DNA from: Hormiphora californensis
Taxonomy: Eukaryota > Animalia > Ctenophora
Assembly (NCBI GenBank): GCA_020137815.1
Contig: CM035351.1
Location: 6,138,001-6,202,000 of the forward strand
Direction: 5' to 3'
DNA: 64,000 nucleotides
Shown: one piece after another, positions 1 through 13,300 of the stretch
Position numbering within the stretch: position 1 is the first letter of the stretch
Layout: each line of letters opens with the position of its first letter
Program-made: the position numbers and the translations under genes
Notes under the pieces: generated by a model
Told to the model about the DNA's origin: nothing
Databases searched by the model: none
What the model saw: the letters and a program-made list of their open reading frames with translations, nothing else

Positions 1-1233
1 ATAGTGTCCTACAGACCAGGCAGGGAATCTTCAGGGGTGACCCGGCATACCCCGGGGTAAACCATGAAGCTCTTGAACTGCCTGGAGCATCTCACATACC
101 ACTCCAAGGAAACAGAGCTGCCCTCCTTGGGTGGTGTGTTTTTCTCTCTTCCTTTCTCTAATCCGCTCATGACTCATCTCTCTCTGAATAGAGATACCCC
201 CCGGCCGGTATTACACCATCTCCCCAGCCTTGTGCACTGGGCCAAAGTAGATGGCTAAATACCGGCCAAAACCCGTCCTCCAGCAAAAGTCCAGGCTGGA
301 GGAGGTCTAATCTCAACTGGCCCCCCTCTACCTTCTGTCCACCTAGCCTCTGGACAGGTATAAAAGGTCTAACAAGCTAGGTCATAACTGGTTAGCTACC
401 ACCGACTCTCGGCAAAATTCCCACGCCGAGGTCGAGATAAACTCAAGGGGTGTTTCCGTAGCCCAACAGGGAGAAACTACACTAACCAGTAGCCTCGCTA
501 CTACCTACGCTTCTTCAAAAGTCCATGAGAAGCGTAGGAGATTCCCAAATGGCGATTACCCCCCAAACGATGAAGGTAACAAACCAACATCATCACTCTC
601 TACCAACAAACAAGCCTCCACAAAAACCTGATCAACAAACAGAACAAACCACTATCCCATGCTACAAAACAAATTTCTATGAGTGACGCACATAGATACC
701 TAACCCACTAAACATTTCACACGCCAGAGTTCCGTTAATTGGGAAGGAACCTGCCCTAACTACCCCATGAACGGCCGGACGCTGCATCTGCATCACGAAC
801 AAAAAGTGATGTTCCATGAACCCACATGGAGTACTGATTACAAATCAGAGGTTGGCAGCGCAAAATCTACAAAGGTGCCATAGTCAATGGAGCGTCCGAA
901 TTGTCCTAGCCAAGGCCACATCTAGAGCGATCAATGCTGAGATGCCACTCACCAAGGGTCGCTGGAGATATCCGAGACTGGCACAATGTGAAAACAGTGC
1001 TGGTGCGGTCCTCTTCATGGGACCTGTTAAGATAGTTATGGGAGACGATTCCACCCTTATCTCCAAAACCATGGACATAAGACGGAGGAAGAAAACTCTC
1101 CCGGGGGAAAGAGGAAACTCTGGAACCTGAGCTCCGTCCTTCTCGGGCGTGAGGAACTGGCTGCCGGACGGGATAAAATCACAAGTAGAGGATTGGAAGC
1201 GGAGGCGCATACAACAACAACAACAACAACAAC
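1..1233. mobile_element. Unclassified insertion (probably retroelement-derived) in an intron of paralog 1, bounded by (CAA)n
   Basis: GC-richer, strand-skewed block ending in (caa)7 at about 1211-1233. The equivalent intron is only about 80-140 bp in paralogs 2 and 3. No RT or transposase motif is visible. Confidence 0.4.
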
Positions 1234-1324
1234 TCATTCAATTAACTGTCACATCCTCAATAAACTACGTTGTAGTTGACGAATGTATTGTATGACCTTT
1301 TTCATCTATCACTCGTATTCCTAG

Positions 1325-3591
1325 ACAGTTATTACAAGTGGATGGAGAAGGATGATGTGACTTGGAATTTATTTTTCCACCGCATATATCGTCGGATTCT
1401 TGCTCACTTTAGCGAATTTTCTGGACAAAACGCTGTATCAGTGCTTCCAATAACAGTCCGTACTATAACAAGTCCACACTATTTCCGCCCTGCTTCCCTT
1501 GGGGCGTATGAGATGTATTTTGCCTTTTGGAACGATCCCTCTCATCCTTTGGTGGCAAGCCCTAGAATAGGCTTCATGTACGCCAGTACAATGATGGTGA
1601 GTAAAGGATTTTGAGTTTGATATGCAAAGGCCAAGGTGCACCTTGTCCTTTGCGTAACAAACTTAAAATTAAGCTAAAGTCCTTTTTTTCAACTGTTCCC
1701 CCAAAATTTGTAATTTTTGACGCACACACCACACGTTAACATGTGATAGGCGCGCAAAACAAATCCGCACACTAATTGAGGGCGGAACAGTTGAAAAAAA
1801 TGGAGTATAGGTGTTAACCTAGGTGTTATGGAGTTCAATCAATCATAACCGTTCAGGGTGGTTCTACCGATGTTGACTGTTTCGTGGAGCAGTTCTCTGA
1901 TTCCAAGTGGCCTGACAACCCATATAACCCGTACTATAACGCGCTCAAGGCAGTGAAAATAGAAATGTCTGAGACGGGCTCCTATCTCGACATGATGAGT
2001 TCTATGTTTGGTCACTTTGATTCCGGTAACCCAGAACTGGCCGGGAAGGCAATGCAGATGAAGGAGAAAGCAAACGCTTTCCACAGAATTAACAAGTTTG
2101 AAGAGGCAGTAAAAATATATACTCAAGCAATACCGGAAGCATTCAAAGATGTCAAAAACACTGAGTAAGAAATAAAGAACCCAAAAACTTGGTTACGAAG
2201 TCACCCCTTTTATTTCATACTCCGTGAGCTATTCTACCGCGGAGGGGTGATTTCATTACCAACCAAAAAACTCTGTTGTCCTGGTCTGTCCCCTGCAATT
2301 AAACTCCTTTTTCGAACAGGTTTACAGAGAAGATAAAGGCCTCTGATCTCCCGATTGTGCTGCTCAATAACAGGTATATAATGGAGGATACAATGGGTAT
2401 AGTGCATACTTTACACTGTATTATTAGGTCATCCAGTATTGATTGTCATTGGGCTTTTATGGGAAAAATGGTTTGAGATATTATAGCAAAATGGACTTCA
2501 CCACTGTTTTTCTCACTCGATATTGGATCAGAATACAATGCCTGCTGGGAACCGAGAACAACCACATACCGCTATCAGGCATTTTATTCCGATCCAAAAT
2601 CGAGTGAGAAAAACGGTGGTCAAGTCCATTTTGGTCTATCTCAAACCATTTTCATATAAAAGCCCAACGACAATCAATACTGGATGACCTAATATCATAT
2701 CGGCTGAATGTTTGTACATCTGTCGGCTGCCCTCTTTCAAATCCAACCGTCATTTTTACAGGTCAGCGTCCTACTTCGAACTGGGGAATATGTTCTTGGC
2801 TTTGGCGGACTGTACTTTCGTTATCAATCACATGATATTTAGCCTGAAACAAGAAAGCGATGAGCCATATCCTAACCGTCCAGAGTGCTACTCTGCTATT
2901 CAAACCATGAAAAACAAGGTAACGTTTTAGCTTTTGCTCATTTTCAGACCAGTCCGTATTACACTCTAAAATTTAAACTATCTGACCCCGATAAACCAGT
3001 ACATGCTCAACTCAATGTTAATTTCAGAGAGCTCGTTTGCCGAAAACTAAGTTTAGGCGGGTTAAGATTCTATGTAAAATGGGAGAATGGTCAGCGGCTC
3101 TAAGATGTGCTATAGATCTAGTGAGAAATCATCAGGATTGTCCTAAAGAATCGTTCAGCTACTACTACCATTGCTTGATAAAGTAAGGCTCATTTGATCG
3201 AACTTCAAGCTGTATACCTACATGCCATTTAGATTAAATCTACGTTTATTTTTTATCCATCATCAATTCCAGATACAGTAAGTCTGAGGGATTTCTCCTG
3301 TACCCTCTATTCTGTATTTCCTGCAAGTCTCAAGGAAAATGGCATGACATCACCTCAGAAATTCTTAAAGTCAGGTAAAGCATGTCAAGCAGACTTATCA
3401 AGAAGAATTATCTTCTGAACATAAATATCAATGTGATCAATCTTATATTTTGTTACTAAAATCTCCAATTAATCTGCTGCAGGTGCAAGAAGTGCAGGCA
3501 CCCGTACTGTTCTGAGTCCTGTTACCAGTTTGATACAACACACAAGACCTACTGTGCACAACTGGCAAAGCTGCAGAAAAGCTTTGCATAG
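1325..3591 (+). CDS. TPR-MYND paralog 1 (3' exons only; 5' part lies outside the window)
   Basis: GT-AG exons join in frame: YYKWMEKDD..., DNPYNPYYNALK...KEKANAFHRINKFEEAVKIYTQAI (TPR), LNNRSASYFELG..ALADC, PKTKFRRVKI, FCISC...CKKCRHPYCSESC...HKTYC (MYND). TAG at 3589-3591. Confidence 0.85.
1682..1801. mobile_element. Small MITE-like inverted-repeat element
   Basis: tttttttcaactgttcc ... ggaacagttgaaaaaaa inverted ends inside an intron. Confidence 0.5.
2424..2692. mobile_element. Tc1/mariner-type MITE
   Basis: Near-perfect foldback ttaggtcatccagtattgattgtc...gacaatcaatactggatgacctaa, flanked by TA on both sides. Confidence 0.8.
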
Positions 3592-3831
3592 ACAATATTA
3601 ATATCATAGTACGACAAACTGTACCACAATGTTTTAAACATCTTTTTATTTTTTATCCAGTTTTTAATTTACATATTTTTTATTTTACAATTACAACTTA
3701 CCAACCAATTTTAATTCAAGCTTTAAACCATTATTATTTTGATTTAAAAAACTGCCTTTTTAATGAACCAGCTATGTTTAAAAAAATAATCAATAACTTA
3801 CACTTCACCAACTTTCTTTCATTAGCCAGCT

Positions 3832-6800
3832 ATGAAGAAGAAACGGCTCCTTGTACAGGATCAACTTGACTCCAAAACCATTGTAGACTCTTTTTCCAGA
3901 CTTCTCAGACGTGGAGAAAGTAAGTCAACCTGATGATTTATTCATACTAGAAGAACTGGAGTATGCTTTTGAAAAAAAAACGAGCAAGATTGTCTTTGGT
4001 CATGAAAATATTAATACAGTCGGACCCCGATTTAGTGGCATCCTCGGGGGAACAAAATCCTGCCACTAAATCGGGGTGCCACTAAATCGAGGTGAGCCAT
4101 ATTTGGCCCATAAAAACTTTTGTTATGCCCGAAATGCTATACTAAGACTAAAGACACCTTTAACTGTTATATGCAACATTCATGTATTGATGACCTGATC
4201 ATTTCTGATTAGAAAAAGAAAATTATAAAATAAATTTTTCAAAAAATTGTGAAAAATTCTCTAAGTTAAAACCGTCCGATTTGTATTTCGAATCGGTGCA
4301 GCTTACTGGATGTCCTGTCGCTAATTAGCGGGTTCGAAACGAACCGATACGTGATACCATGCCGAATCGGGGCACCCTAAGCGGGTGAGGAAGTATCAAA
4401 ATTTCAAAATAACTTTTTCTCTCAAAATTTATGGAGAGCACCGATCAAAGCATTGACAATCGTATTGTAAAATTTTGCAAAAAAAAGTATTAATTTTTTT
4501 AAACGTATACCAGCCATGTCCGAATCGTGTTTCGAATCGGTGCATCTTATCGCATGTCCTGCTGCTAATTAGACGGTTCGGAACGAACCGATACGTGATC
4601 CCCATGGGGCCATTGAATCACATGTTCACCAAGCGTCAAAATTTCGATTCGATGGGGATCACGTTTCTGTTCGTTCCGAACCGTCTAATTAGCAGCAGGA
4701 CATGCGATAAGATGCACCGATTCGAATCACGATTCGGACGTGGCTGGTATTCCTTTGAAAAATTTTCAAAAAAATTTCACAAAAAAATTCAAAAAATTTT
4801 TGGGGGAAAAAAATCCTGCCACTAAATCGGGGTGCCACTAAATCGGGGGCCACTAAATCGGGGTCCGACTGTAATACTATAGGGGTGACTTCGTAACCAA
4901 ACATCCTCATATCCTTCACAGATCATTCCCCAAAAACTGTTGAACGAGAGTTTGAGATATCCTTGAATCAGATAAAAACACGGAAAGTTATCCAGTTTGC
5001 ACCTGCAGTGTTCTGCTCAAATCTCTGCTGGTAAGATTCCAATCTAACATCGAGTTTTAGAGACTCAGGAAGCCGCAAGTTACTACGTACTTACGAACTC
5101 AAATACTAATATCATTTATCAACTTCCTCCCCCCAACAGGGTCTTGAAACTGGAACCTTCGAGAGTATGCAACAGTTCTTACAATTTGAAGTTATCCTGC
5201 GTCAGTCCATCTGAACTATTCAATGCAGACCAGATAAGTACCAATTAATAATTAATTGGCACCCCTAACCTGAAGGGAGTTAAACCTTCGATAAAATTTG
5301 AAAAATGATTCTCAAGCGAACTTCATCTGGAACATGGTCAAACATTTTTGCAAACTTTTGAGGTTTTTTGGCCAAAAAATGTTCCAAATAACTTTTCTAA
5401 AAATTGATCTCGATCGCGATACTCCAATTAACCATTTAAAACCCCTAACGTGACATTTAGAGACCATTTTTCATCGGATGTTGAACTAAACTTCCTTCAG
5501 ACACGGGGTAAAGGGAGATTTAGAAGTCACAACACCGTCTGGATCCGAAAAGATTAATTTCATGGGAGTCTCTCCAATGATGCATAAAGCTATTGACGAA
5601 AAGGTAAAGAAAGAAAATTTCTTTTCTGAGTTTGAAAAATTTCTAATGTATATTCAATGAATTACCATTTAATGGTAATTCATGGAATATATTAGAAACT
5701 TTTCAAACTCAGAAAAGATTTTATATTTCGTGGTGTTTTTGTAAGAGCTGATATTAGCAGGGATGATTTAGCGAATGGAATAATGACATCAAATGTGTAT
5801 TAACACCCAAACACTTTCTATAGATGTTTGATGGTCTGGTGATTACGATCAAGTTGGTAATGAGTCTCGAAACAATTGATACACAGAAAGCCAACAGAGC
5901 TGAGGTCAGTAGTATTTCCTAGGGGTTATTTTTCAATTTTTGACATTATAAAATAGAATCAGTTTCACGCAGTACTTACGATAGATATTGAGATGTCCAG
6001 TGGACATCTCAATATCTATCGTCGTACATTTTCAATTTTAACTCATCTTTCGACTTTCAGTTGCACAGTAATTTCTTCAACGAGTACCGTGGTAAACCTC
6101 TTGTTGAATGTCTAAAGATCAAGAAATTTAGAAACTATTGGGAGTACAAATTGGGTCTACCGGCTGACAACAAGAAAGTCTTTGCTACCTCCCTCGCTAA
6201 GTTCGTGTGCTCTCTCCTTACTGAGGTGAGTTCGGTAACTATGGTAACTCTCCTTTGTAACCATGGTAACTAATTTCCCAGAGAGTGTTCAACAGTTGCT
6301 GTGGAGAAAGTTGGGGTGCCGTTTATGAGTCCGTGATGGAATTAGTGAACAATGAAAATGATTTAGACGGCCATACCCTCATGCGACAAGCCATCTTTGA
6401 TACTGGAGCGCCAAATCTGGTACGTATGGTCACTATATTGTCTCTGATTTTTTAACTGCCCTGATGCTGTGGATGTGGCGCATGAGACATTCTGAACAAT
6501 TCAACTCTTTCTCAATCAGATTGGTAAACTGCTTGGTGCAGATTTTAGTGAGGGAAGCGACTGGGCTAAGAGATGTGCTGCCGACCAACTTGTATCCACC
6601 TTTCTGCGATTTCGCCCTAATAAATATTGTTTGTATGATGAAAAGTTGTTTTCGATCATGGAAAAACACATCATGGATCAACTGACCAGTTCCGCATACA
6701 ACGAAACGTAGGTTGCCAAATTTCAGCATTGTTTCAGTGTTTCTTTTACAATGTTTTACATTTTTGCATCAATATTTTCCTTTCTTCCGAATGCAGACTT

Positions 6801-9800
6801 TGCAGAGTCTGCTAACACATGTGTGTATGTAAACGAACCCCTTCGCAGGACTTTGAACGTGTTCATGACTGTCATACTTCCTGCAATGATAAATACGAAA
6901 GTGAACCGTCTCAAATCTATGTCTCAGTACGATAAACTGTCTTTTATCATGGACAACTTAGGGCTCTTGACCCCGTGGCTTGATATAAACAATTTTATGG
7001 CCTTACAAGGTACATATTATTATTAATATCGACGTACCACCTCTGTGGTTTTTAATTTCACACTCGTAACCAATTCTTGTTATCCCAGGCTCCTACTATA
7101 GGTGGATGGGAAAAGATGATAATGATCGCGTGTGGAATATGTTTTTCCATCGTGTCTACCGTCATATCATTACCCAGTATAAAGAATTACCTGTAGAAGT
7201 CAGTGAACCATTGCTCTCAGTGATACTCACTACCATATCAAGTCCACACTATGTCCGTCTCGCTGCCCATCCTGATTTTGCGTACGAGTTTTACTTTAAT
7301 ATGTGGAATGATCCTACGCTGTTTCCAAGCGCTCATGGCAACCATCGGAGTATAGGTTTCATGTACGCCAGCACAATGTTGGTAAGTAGAACTTTAATAA
7401 TATGAAATCCACTAGAAATTCGCTTCAAATCATATAAACATATGGTAGTTGAATATAATGCCTATCGACTAAAACCTATAAACCCATTTTTTACAGGATG
7501 GGTCTCCTGATGTTGACAGTTTTCTGGAGTTCTCTGATTCCAAGTGGCCTGACAACCCATATAACCCGTACTATAACGCGCTCAAGGCAGTGAAGATAGA
7601 AATGGCCACAGCAGGGAATCCCCTCGAAATGATGATGTTGATGCTTGGTGGCCCAAGAAAGACAATACAGAAAGGCAAGGCAATGCAGATGAAGGAGAAA
7701 GCAAACGTACTTCATAGAAATAAAAAGTTTGATGAGGCAGAAGAAATGTATACTAAAGCGATCAAGGAAGCATTTAAGGAATCCAGACACGCCTGAGTAA
7801 GAGAAAGAAGAAACAAATATAGATTTCAATATTGATGACGATATATCTAGGTGTTTAATCACTTGCACTGTTATCTATCTGTTATCTTTTTTAGGATTGA
7901 AGAGATGGAAAGTGTCGGTGATCTATCGATTTTGTGTCTCAACAACAGGTATGTACTAGTGAGAGAGAGAGAGCAGCTCAGGGATTTGCACAAAAATTAT
8001 ATGGATAGTATCCATTGGATACTCTTAATAGCTAACGTGAAAACCGCATGCTTTTGAAAATAAAGCTAACACATGCAATTGCAGGTCGGCAACCCGTATG
8101 GAGAAAGGGAGTCTGTTCTTGGCCTTGGCCGACAGTACATTTGTTATCAATCATATTGAAACCAGCATAAGGCAAGAGGCTGCTGAACCATACCCGAACA
8201 CTCCAGAATACTTCTCTGCTCTTCAAATCATGAAAGTCAAGGTACATATAGTAATCTAGGCATATGTACAGATAGAATCCGTCTACCGATTTAGATAGTA
8301 TGTATTCAACTACCGCCTGGGCCAAAAAAAACGTATGGTACGTCGAGCCTCATATCTCCCAAATCTTAACTTCGATCACTCTGATATTTTGACACAATGT
8401 TTGTATGGGTACTCATTCGAGGAATCCGGAGTTTCAATTCCTAAATCTTCACAATTCATTAATGAACCCTTTTTTCCATTTTTGGGGTTTTTCCACGTTT
8501 TCTCATGGTTAAATTCGATTTTATTCTTAAAAAAGCAACCATGCATTAGAGTAAACAATAATAAATGGCAATCCGAGTTTTTATTAAAAATGAATCAAGT
8601 TTAGTTGGTGAAATAAATGATTAAAAAATGGTCATTTTTACCAAACATCGATTTTGACCCATTTTGACGAGAAATCGGTAATTTTAGGCGCTAAAAATTG
8701 GTACGGCCATTGCACTTGATCAGTGTTGATATTAGCCGGAATTTTAGCTCTCTATCTCAAAGTTCATTTTTCCGACTGGAATGAATCCTGAATGAACTTA
8801 AAAACAAGAATGCTTTTTCAAACCGAAATTTCACAGTCGCCTTTGGGTATCGATTTTCTTTCAAACGCAATTAATTTTAGCTCAATTGGACCACCACAAG
8901 AGACACAGTGGCCAGTTTTCTAACCCTAGGTCTGGTCATGTGACCCCCATTGAGACGCTAGTGTCATTACGAAGTGCCAATAAGCAGTTGTAACGGTCGA
9001 GTATCACGTATCACATCTGCTAATGAGGACGGTGTACCGATACAGCGTCCTTTAGAATGTAAGTTCTCTTGCTAACACGTCATAATTTGATGGGGATCAC
9101 ATGACCCAACCTAGGTTTAGTAAACTGGTCACTGTGATTCTTGTGGTGATCCAATTAAGCTCAAACTGGTCGCGTTCGAAAGGAAATAGATAGCCAAACA
9201 AATTTGTGAAAATTTGGTACCGAAATATAGTCCCATATTGGTGTTCATTCAATAATCATTCGGGCGAAAAAATGAATTTTTATCCAGAGGGTTGAAACTC
9301 CGGATTCCTCGAATGAGTACCCATGAAAATATTGTGTCAAAATATCAGAGTGATAGAAATTAAGATTTGGGAGATATGAGGCTCGGCGTACCATACGTTT
9401 TTATTGGCCCAGGCGGCCAAAACACTGCAAAAGGGCATCCGTGTGAATGCCTTCGGCATTCACCCGGGCTGAGAAAAAGTGTACTACTAATTTATATTCT
9501 CCTCTCAGGAAGAACGTTTGCCAAAAGCCAAGTTTAGGCGGGTAAAAATTCTAGTTAAGCTGGAAGAGTGGTCAGCGGGATTGAGATGTTGTATAGATCT
9601 CTTGAGGAATCACCCGGATTGCCCCAAAGAATCGTTCAGCTACTACTACCACTGTTTGATCAAGTAAGGCTCAATTTATCCTATAGTTTCGTAGAATACA
9701 ATCTATAGAAATCCTACCTATTGAAATCAAATCTAGTTTGTACCCAATTCCAATTATTCTAGGACCTAGGTACATTACTGCAGTACTTCAGAGACACAAA

Positions 9801-10122
9801 ATAAGTGCTCAACAACTATTCCAGTACCCACTATTCTGTATTTCCTGTAAGTCTGCAGGAACCTGTCATGACTTCACATCCAGCCCAGTCAGGTAAATCT
9901 TGAGGGTTCAGTATTGGGCATTCATAAAAAACATCTGGTTCTTGTCAAATTTCTATTAATCATTGCATAGTTGTTCATTCATTCAACAAATATGTACCAC
10001 CTTGTCATCCCAGGTGCAAGAAGTGCAAGCACCCGTACTGTTCTGAGTCCTGTTACCAGTTTGATACAACACACAAAACCTACTGTGCACAACTGGCGAA
10101 GTTGAAGAAACGCCTGGCTTAG
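3832..10122 (+). CDS. Leader-MATH-like-TPR-MYND paralog 2 (about 15 exons; +1 base near 7790 gives TGA at 7794-7796)
   Basis: ATG 3832 MKKKRLLVQDQLDSKTIVDSFSRLLRRGE. Exons are collinear with paralog 3 (LHSNFF..., LLGADFSEG, KEKAN TPR, CKKCKHPYCSESC). TAG at 10120-10122. Confidence 0.8.
4017..4871. mobile_element. Non-autonomous Tc1/pogo-like DNA transposon (CAGTCGGACCCCGATTTA family)
   Basis: TIR cagtcggaccccgatttagtggc / gccactaaatcggggtccgactg with TA flanks; internal ~90-bp sub-repeats in direct and inverted orientation. Confidence 0.85.
5621..5716. repeat. ~96-bp palindromic mini-element
   Basis: cttttctgagtttgaaaa...gaattaccat ttaatggtaattc...ttttcaaactcagaaaag. Confidence 0.6.
5978..6022. 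repeat. Perfect 45-bp palindrome (22-bp arms)
   Basis: acgatagatattgagatgtcca-g-tggacatctcaatatctatcgt. Confidence 0.85.
8313..9416. mobile_element. Non-autonomous DNA transposon with ~120-bp TIRs
   Basis: ccgcctgggccaa...gtatggtacg...gagcctcatatctcccaaatcttaa is mirrored at the right end; further internal inverted repeats at about 8880-8950 and 9090-9160. Confidence 0.8.
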
Positions 10123-10388
10123 ATAATATCAAAGTACAACGAAAACATAACAAAAACAAAACAAACTGAATAACATTGCTTTAAACAATTCAACATCTTT
10201 TTATTATTTTAACCCGGTTTTTAACTATTTTAACTATGAATTAACATAATTTGTATGCAGCAATTTACCAACCATTTTTAATTCAAGCTTTAAGCCATTA
10301 TTATTTTGATTTAAAGAACCGCCTTTTTAATGAACCATCTATGTTTCAAAATATTTTTTTAAACATTTCGCCAACTGTTTAGCCAATC

Positions 10389-13300
10389 ATGAAGAAGAAG
10401 CGGCTGCTGGTACAGGATCAACTTGACTCCAAAACCATCGTGGACTCTTTCTCCAGACTTCTCAGACGTGGAGAAAGTATGTATTTGACAAATAAGAAGC
10501 GAGATGTTTTTCTCGATGTATACTCTTATCTCTTTAAATACCTCGACCCTCACAGATCATTCCCCAAAAACTGTTGAACGACAGTTTGAGATATCATTGA
10601 AACAGATCAAAACACGGAAAGTTATCCAGTTTGCACCTGTAGTATTCTGCTCAAGTCTCTGCTGGTAAGATTTCAATCTATCATTAAGTTTAGTTTTTAG
10701 AGGCTTAGGAAGCTGCACGTGGTTTGAAGTTTATTAAACTAAGTGACTGCTCACATATGATATATAATTTATCAACTTGCTCACCCCCCCCAACAGGGCC
10801 TTGAAACTGGAACCTTCGAGAGTATGCAACAATTCTTACAATTTGAAGTTGTCCTGCGTCAGTCCATCTGAACTATTTAATGCAGACCAGATAAGTACCA
10901 AGGCCTAAAGGAAGTTTAACCTTCGATAAAAAATGATCCATTATAAGCGAACTTCACCAGTAGCTTCAGATGGGTAACAAGAGTATCCATCATACTATTA
11001 TTAAAGCAAATAGGGAAATCCCATGTCCCGTTTTTTTAACCAAATATGGCACAAAATTCCTGGAAATGGCCTTTTGCACGTGTTGTCCCTAGAGGGACCC
11101 TGACAACCTGCCAGCTTGAGCCTTAAACTGCACGTGCATCCTTGATTCATCTCTCTGCCGGTTATGTGATTGATCGTTTGCTCGATTTGATCTGTTCACC
11201 ACGTTTCGTGAACATGACTACTCAACTTCAACACAATCGCCAGCGAGTTTGGAGGAGCCATATATGTCCCAAACTGGCGCTGACGCCTATAGACTACGTG
11301 ATAGAATCCTACAAAAGAGGTGATTATTATTCAAAAGAAGTTGTCAACAAACGTAATAACAAAGTATCAATGGCACTAATAAGAAATGACAGTAATACGT
11401 GAAAGTATTTTTTTTTTTTGGGCTTTAGAAAAGATAGAACAAATTTACAATTATTGTATTTTGCCAATGTACTCCTTCATAAAATACTTCAGGACCTGGC
11501 AAAAGAGGACCCGTGGCTTTTCTGTCGAAAGAATCCCTGTGGTTAATTTACCTGATAAATTTACTGATTTAAAAAATTCCAAATGATACTACACTATTTG
11601 CTTAGTTTACTTTATGACCATCCCTGACATTCGCCCGTAGGGCGAGCGGGCTTACTAGTATACATAATCAATATAATTGTAGAATCTCTATAATTTTTGC
11701 CATCTTTAGAAGTTATTTGGCTAAGAACTTGTCCAGATAAATTTGCTTAAAAACGATATGGATACTCTAATTACCTATCTGGAGCCCCCAGTGAAGTTCG
11801 TTTAGAGACTATTTTTCATCGGATGTTGAACTTGACTTCCTTCAGGCACGGGGTAAAGGGAGAGATAGAAGTCACAACGCCGTCTGGAACCAAGAATATT
11901 ATTTTCTTGGGTCTCACCCCAATGGTGCATGACGCTATTGACGAAACGGTAATTCGTGGACCGTATTAGAATTTAGAAATGGTTCAAACTCAGAAAATAT
12001 GTTTGTTATATTTAGTCATCAAATGGGTATTAACACTCAAACACTTTCGTCTTTCTATAGATGTTTGACGGTCTGGTGATTACGATCAAGTTGGTTATGA
12101 CTCTGGAAACAATTGATACACAGAAAGCCAACAGAGCTGAGGTCAGTATAATCGTGATTGAGCTCAAGAATTCTACTCAAAACCATGTTAACAATTATCT
12201 TCTTACCTTCTCTTGTATATAATTATGTTATTTCAATTTTCAGTTGCACAGTAATTTCTTTAACAAGTACCGTGGCAAACCTCTTGTTGAGTGTCTAAAG
12301 ATCAAGAAATTTAGAAACTATTGGGAGTACAAATTGGGTCTACCGGCTGACAACAAGAAAGTCTTTGCTACCTCCCTCGCTAAGTTCGTGTGCTCTCTCC
12401 TTACTGAGGTGAGTTCGGTAACTATGGTAACTAACCCTTGTAACCATGGTAACTAATTTCCCAGAGAGTGTTCAACAGTTGCTGTGGAGAAAGTTGGGGT
12501 GCCGTTTATGAATCTGTTATAGAGTTCGTAAACAATGAAAATGATTATGACAACCATACCCTCATGCGACAAGCCATCTTTGATACTGGAGCGCCACACC
12601 TGGTAAATACTAAATAAACTTTTTATTGTTGATGCTTTCGGCGAAGGCTATGTACGATACATTCTAAACAATTCAACTATATAACTCTCTTACCCAGATC
12701 GTTAAACTACTTGGTGCAGATTTTAGTGAGGGAAGCGACTGGGCTAAGAGATGTGCTGCCGACCAACTTGTATCCACCTTTCTGCGATATCACCCCAGTA
12801 TCAAAAGTTTGTATGATGAAAAGATGTTTTCTATCATGGAAAAACACATCATGGATAAACTGACCAGTCCCGTATACAACGAAACGTAGGTTTTGTTTAT
12901 TTGCTCAAGATGTTTGCCACTACCTGTTCCCTTCCTTGGCATGTGTCACAAAACATTTTATCATATATATGACCGGAAACGAACCTCTTTGCAGGACTCT
13001 GAACGTTTTTATGACTGTTATGCTTCCTGCAATGATAAATACAAAGCTTGATCAGAATAGGAAAAATGCCTCTCATTATGACAAACTCCCTCTCATCATG
13101 AAAAACATAGGGATCGTAGCCCCTTGGTTGGACATAAACAACTTCATGGCCCTACAAGGTAATCTTGATCAATTCATTTTATTTTATCTCTGCACGCAAG
13201 GAGAGGTGGTAGAGCAAGGTCAACTAACGATTTTTACAAGTGACTGTTGGTTTTCAATTCACACTTATGACCGATTCTTATTTCTTGCTCCTCCAGGCGC

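Noticed and set aside
1100-1210. HDV-like ribozyme at the end of the first insertion
   Set aside because: I could not build the P1-P4 pseudoknot by eye.
4475-4919. ORFs such as MGITYRFVSN..., DPDLVAP..., PIYR... (also 18333, 19791, 20287)
   Set aside because: They lie within non-autonomous transposon copies and lack transposase motifs.
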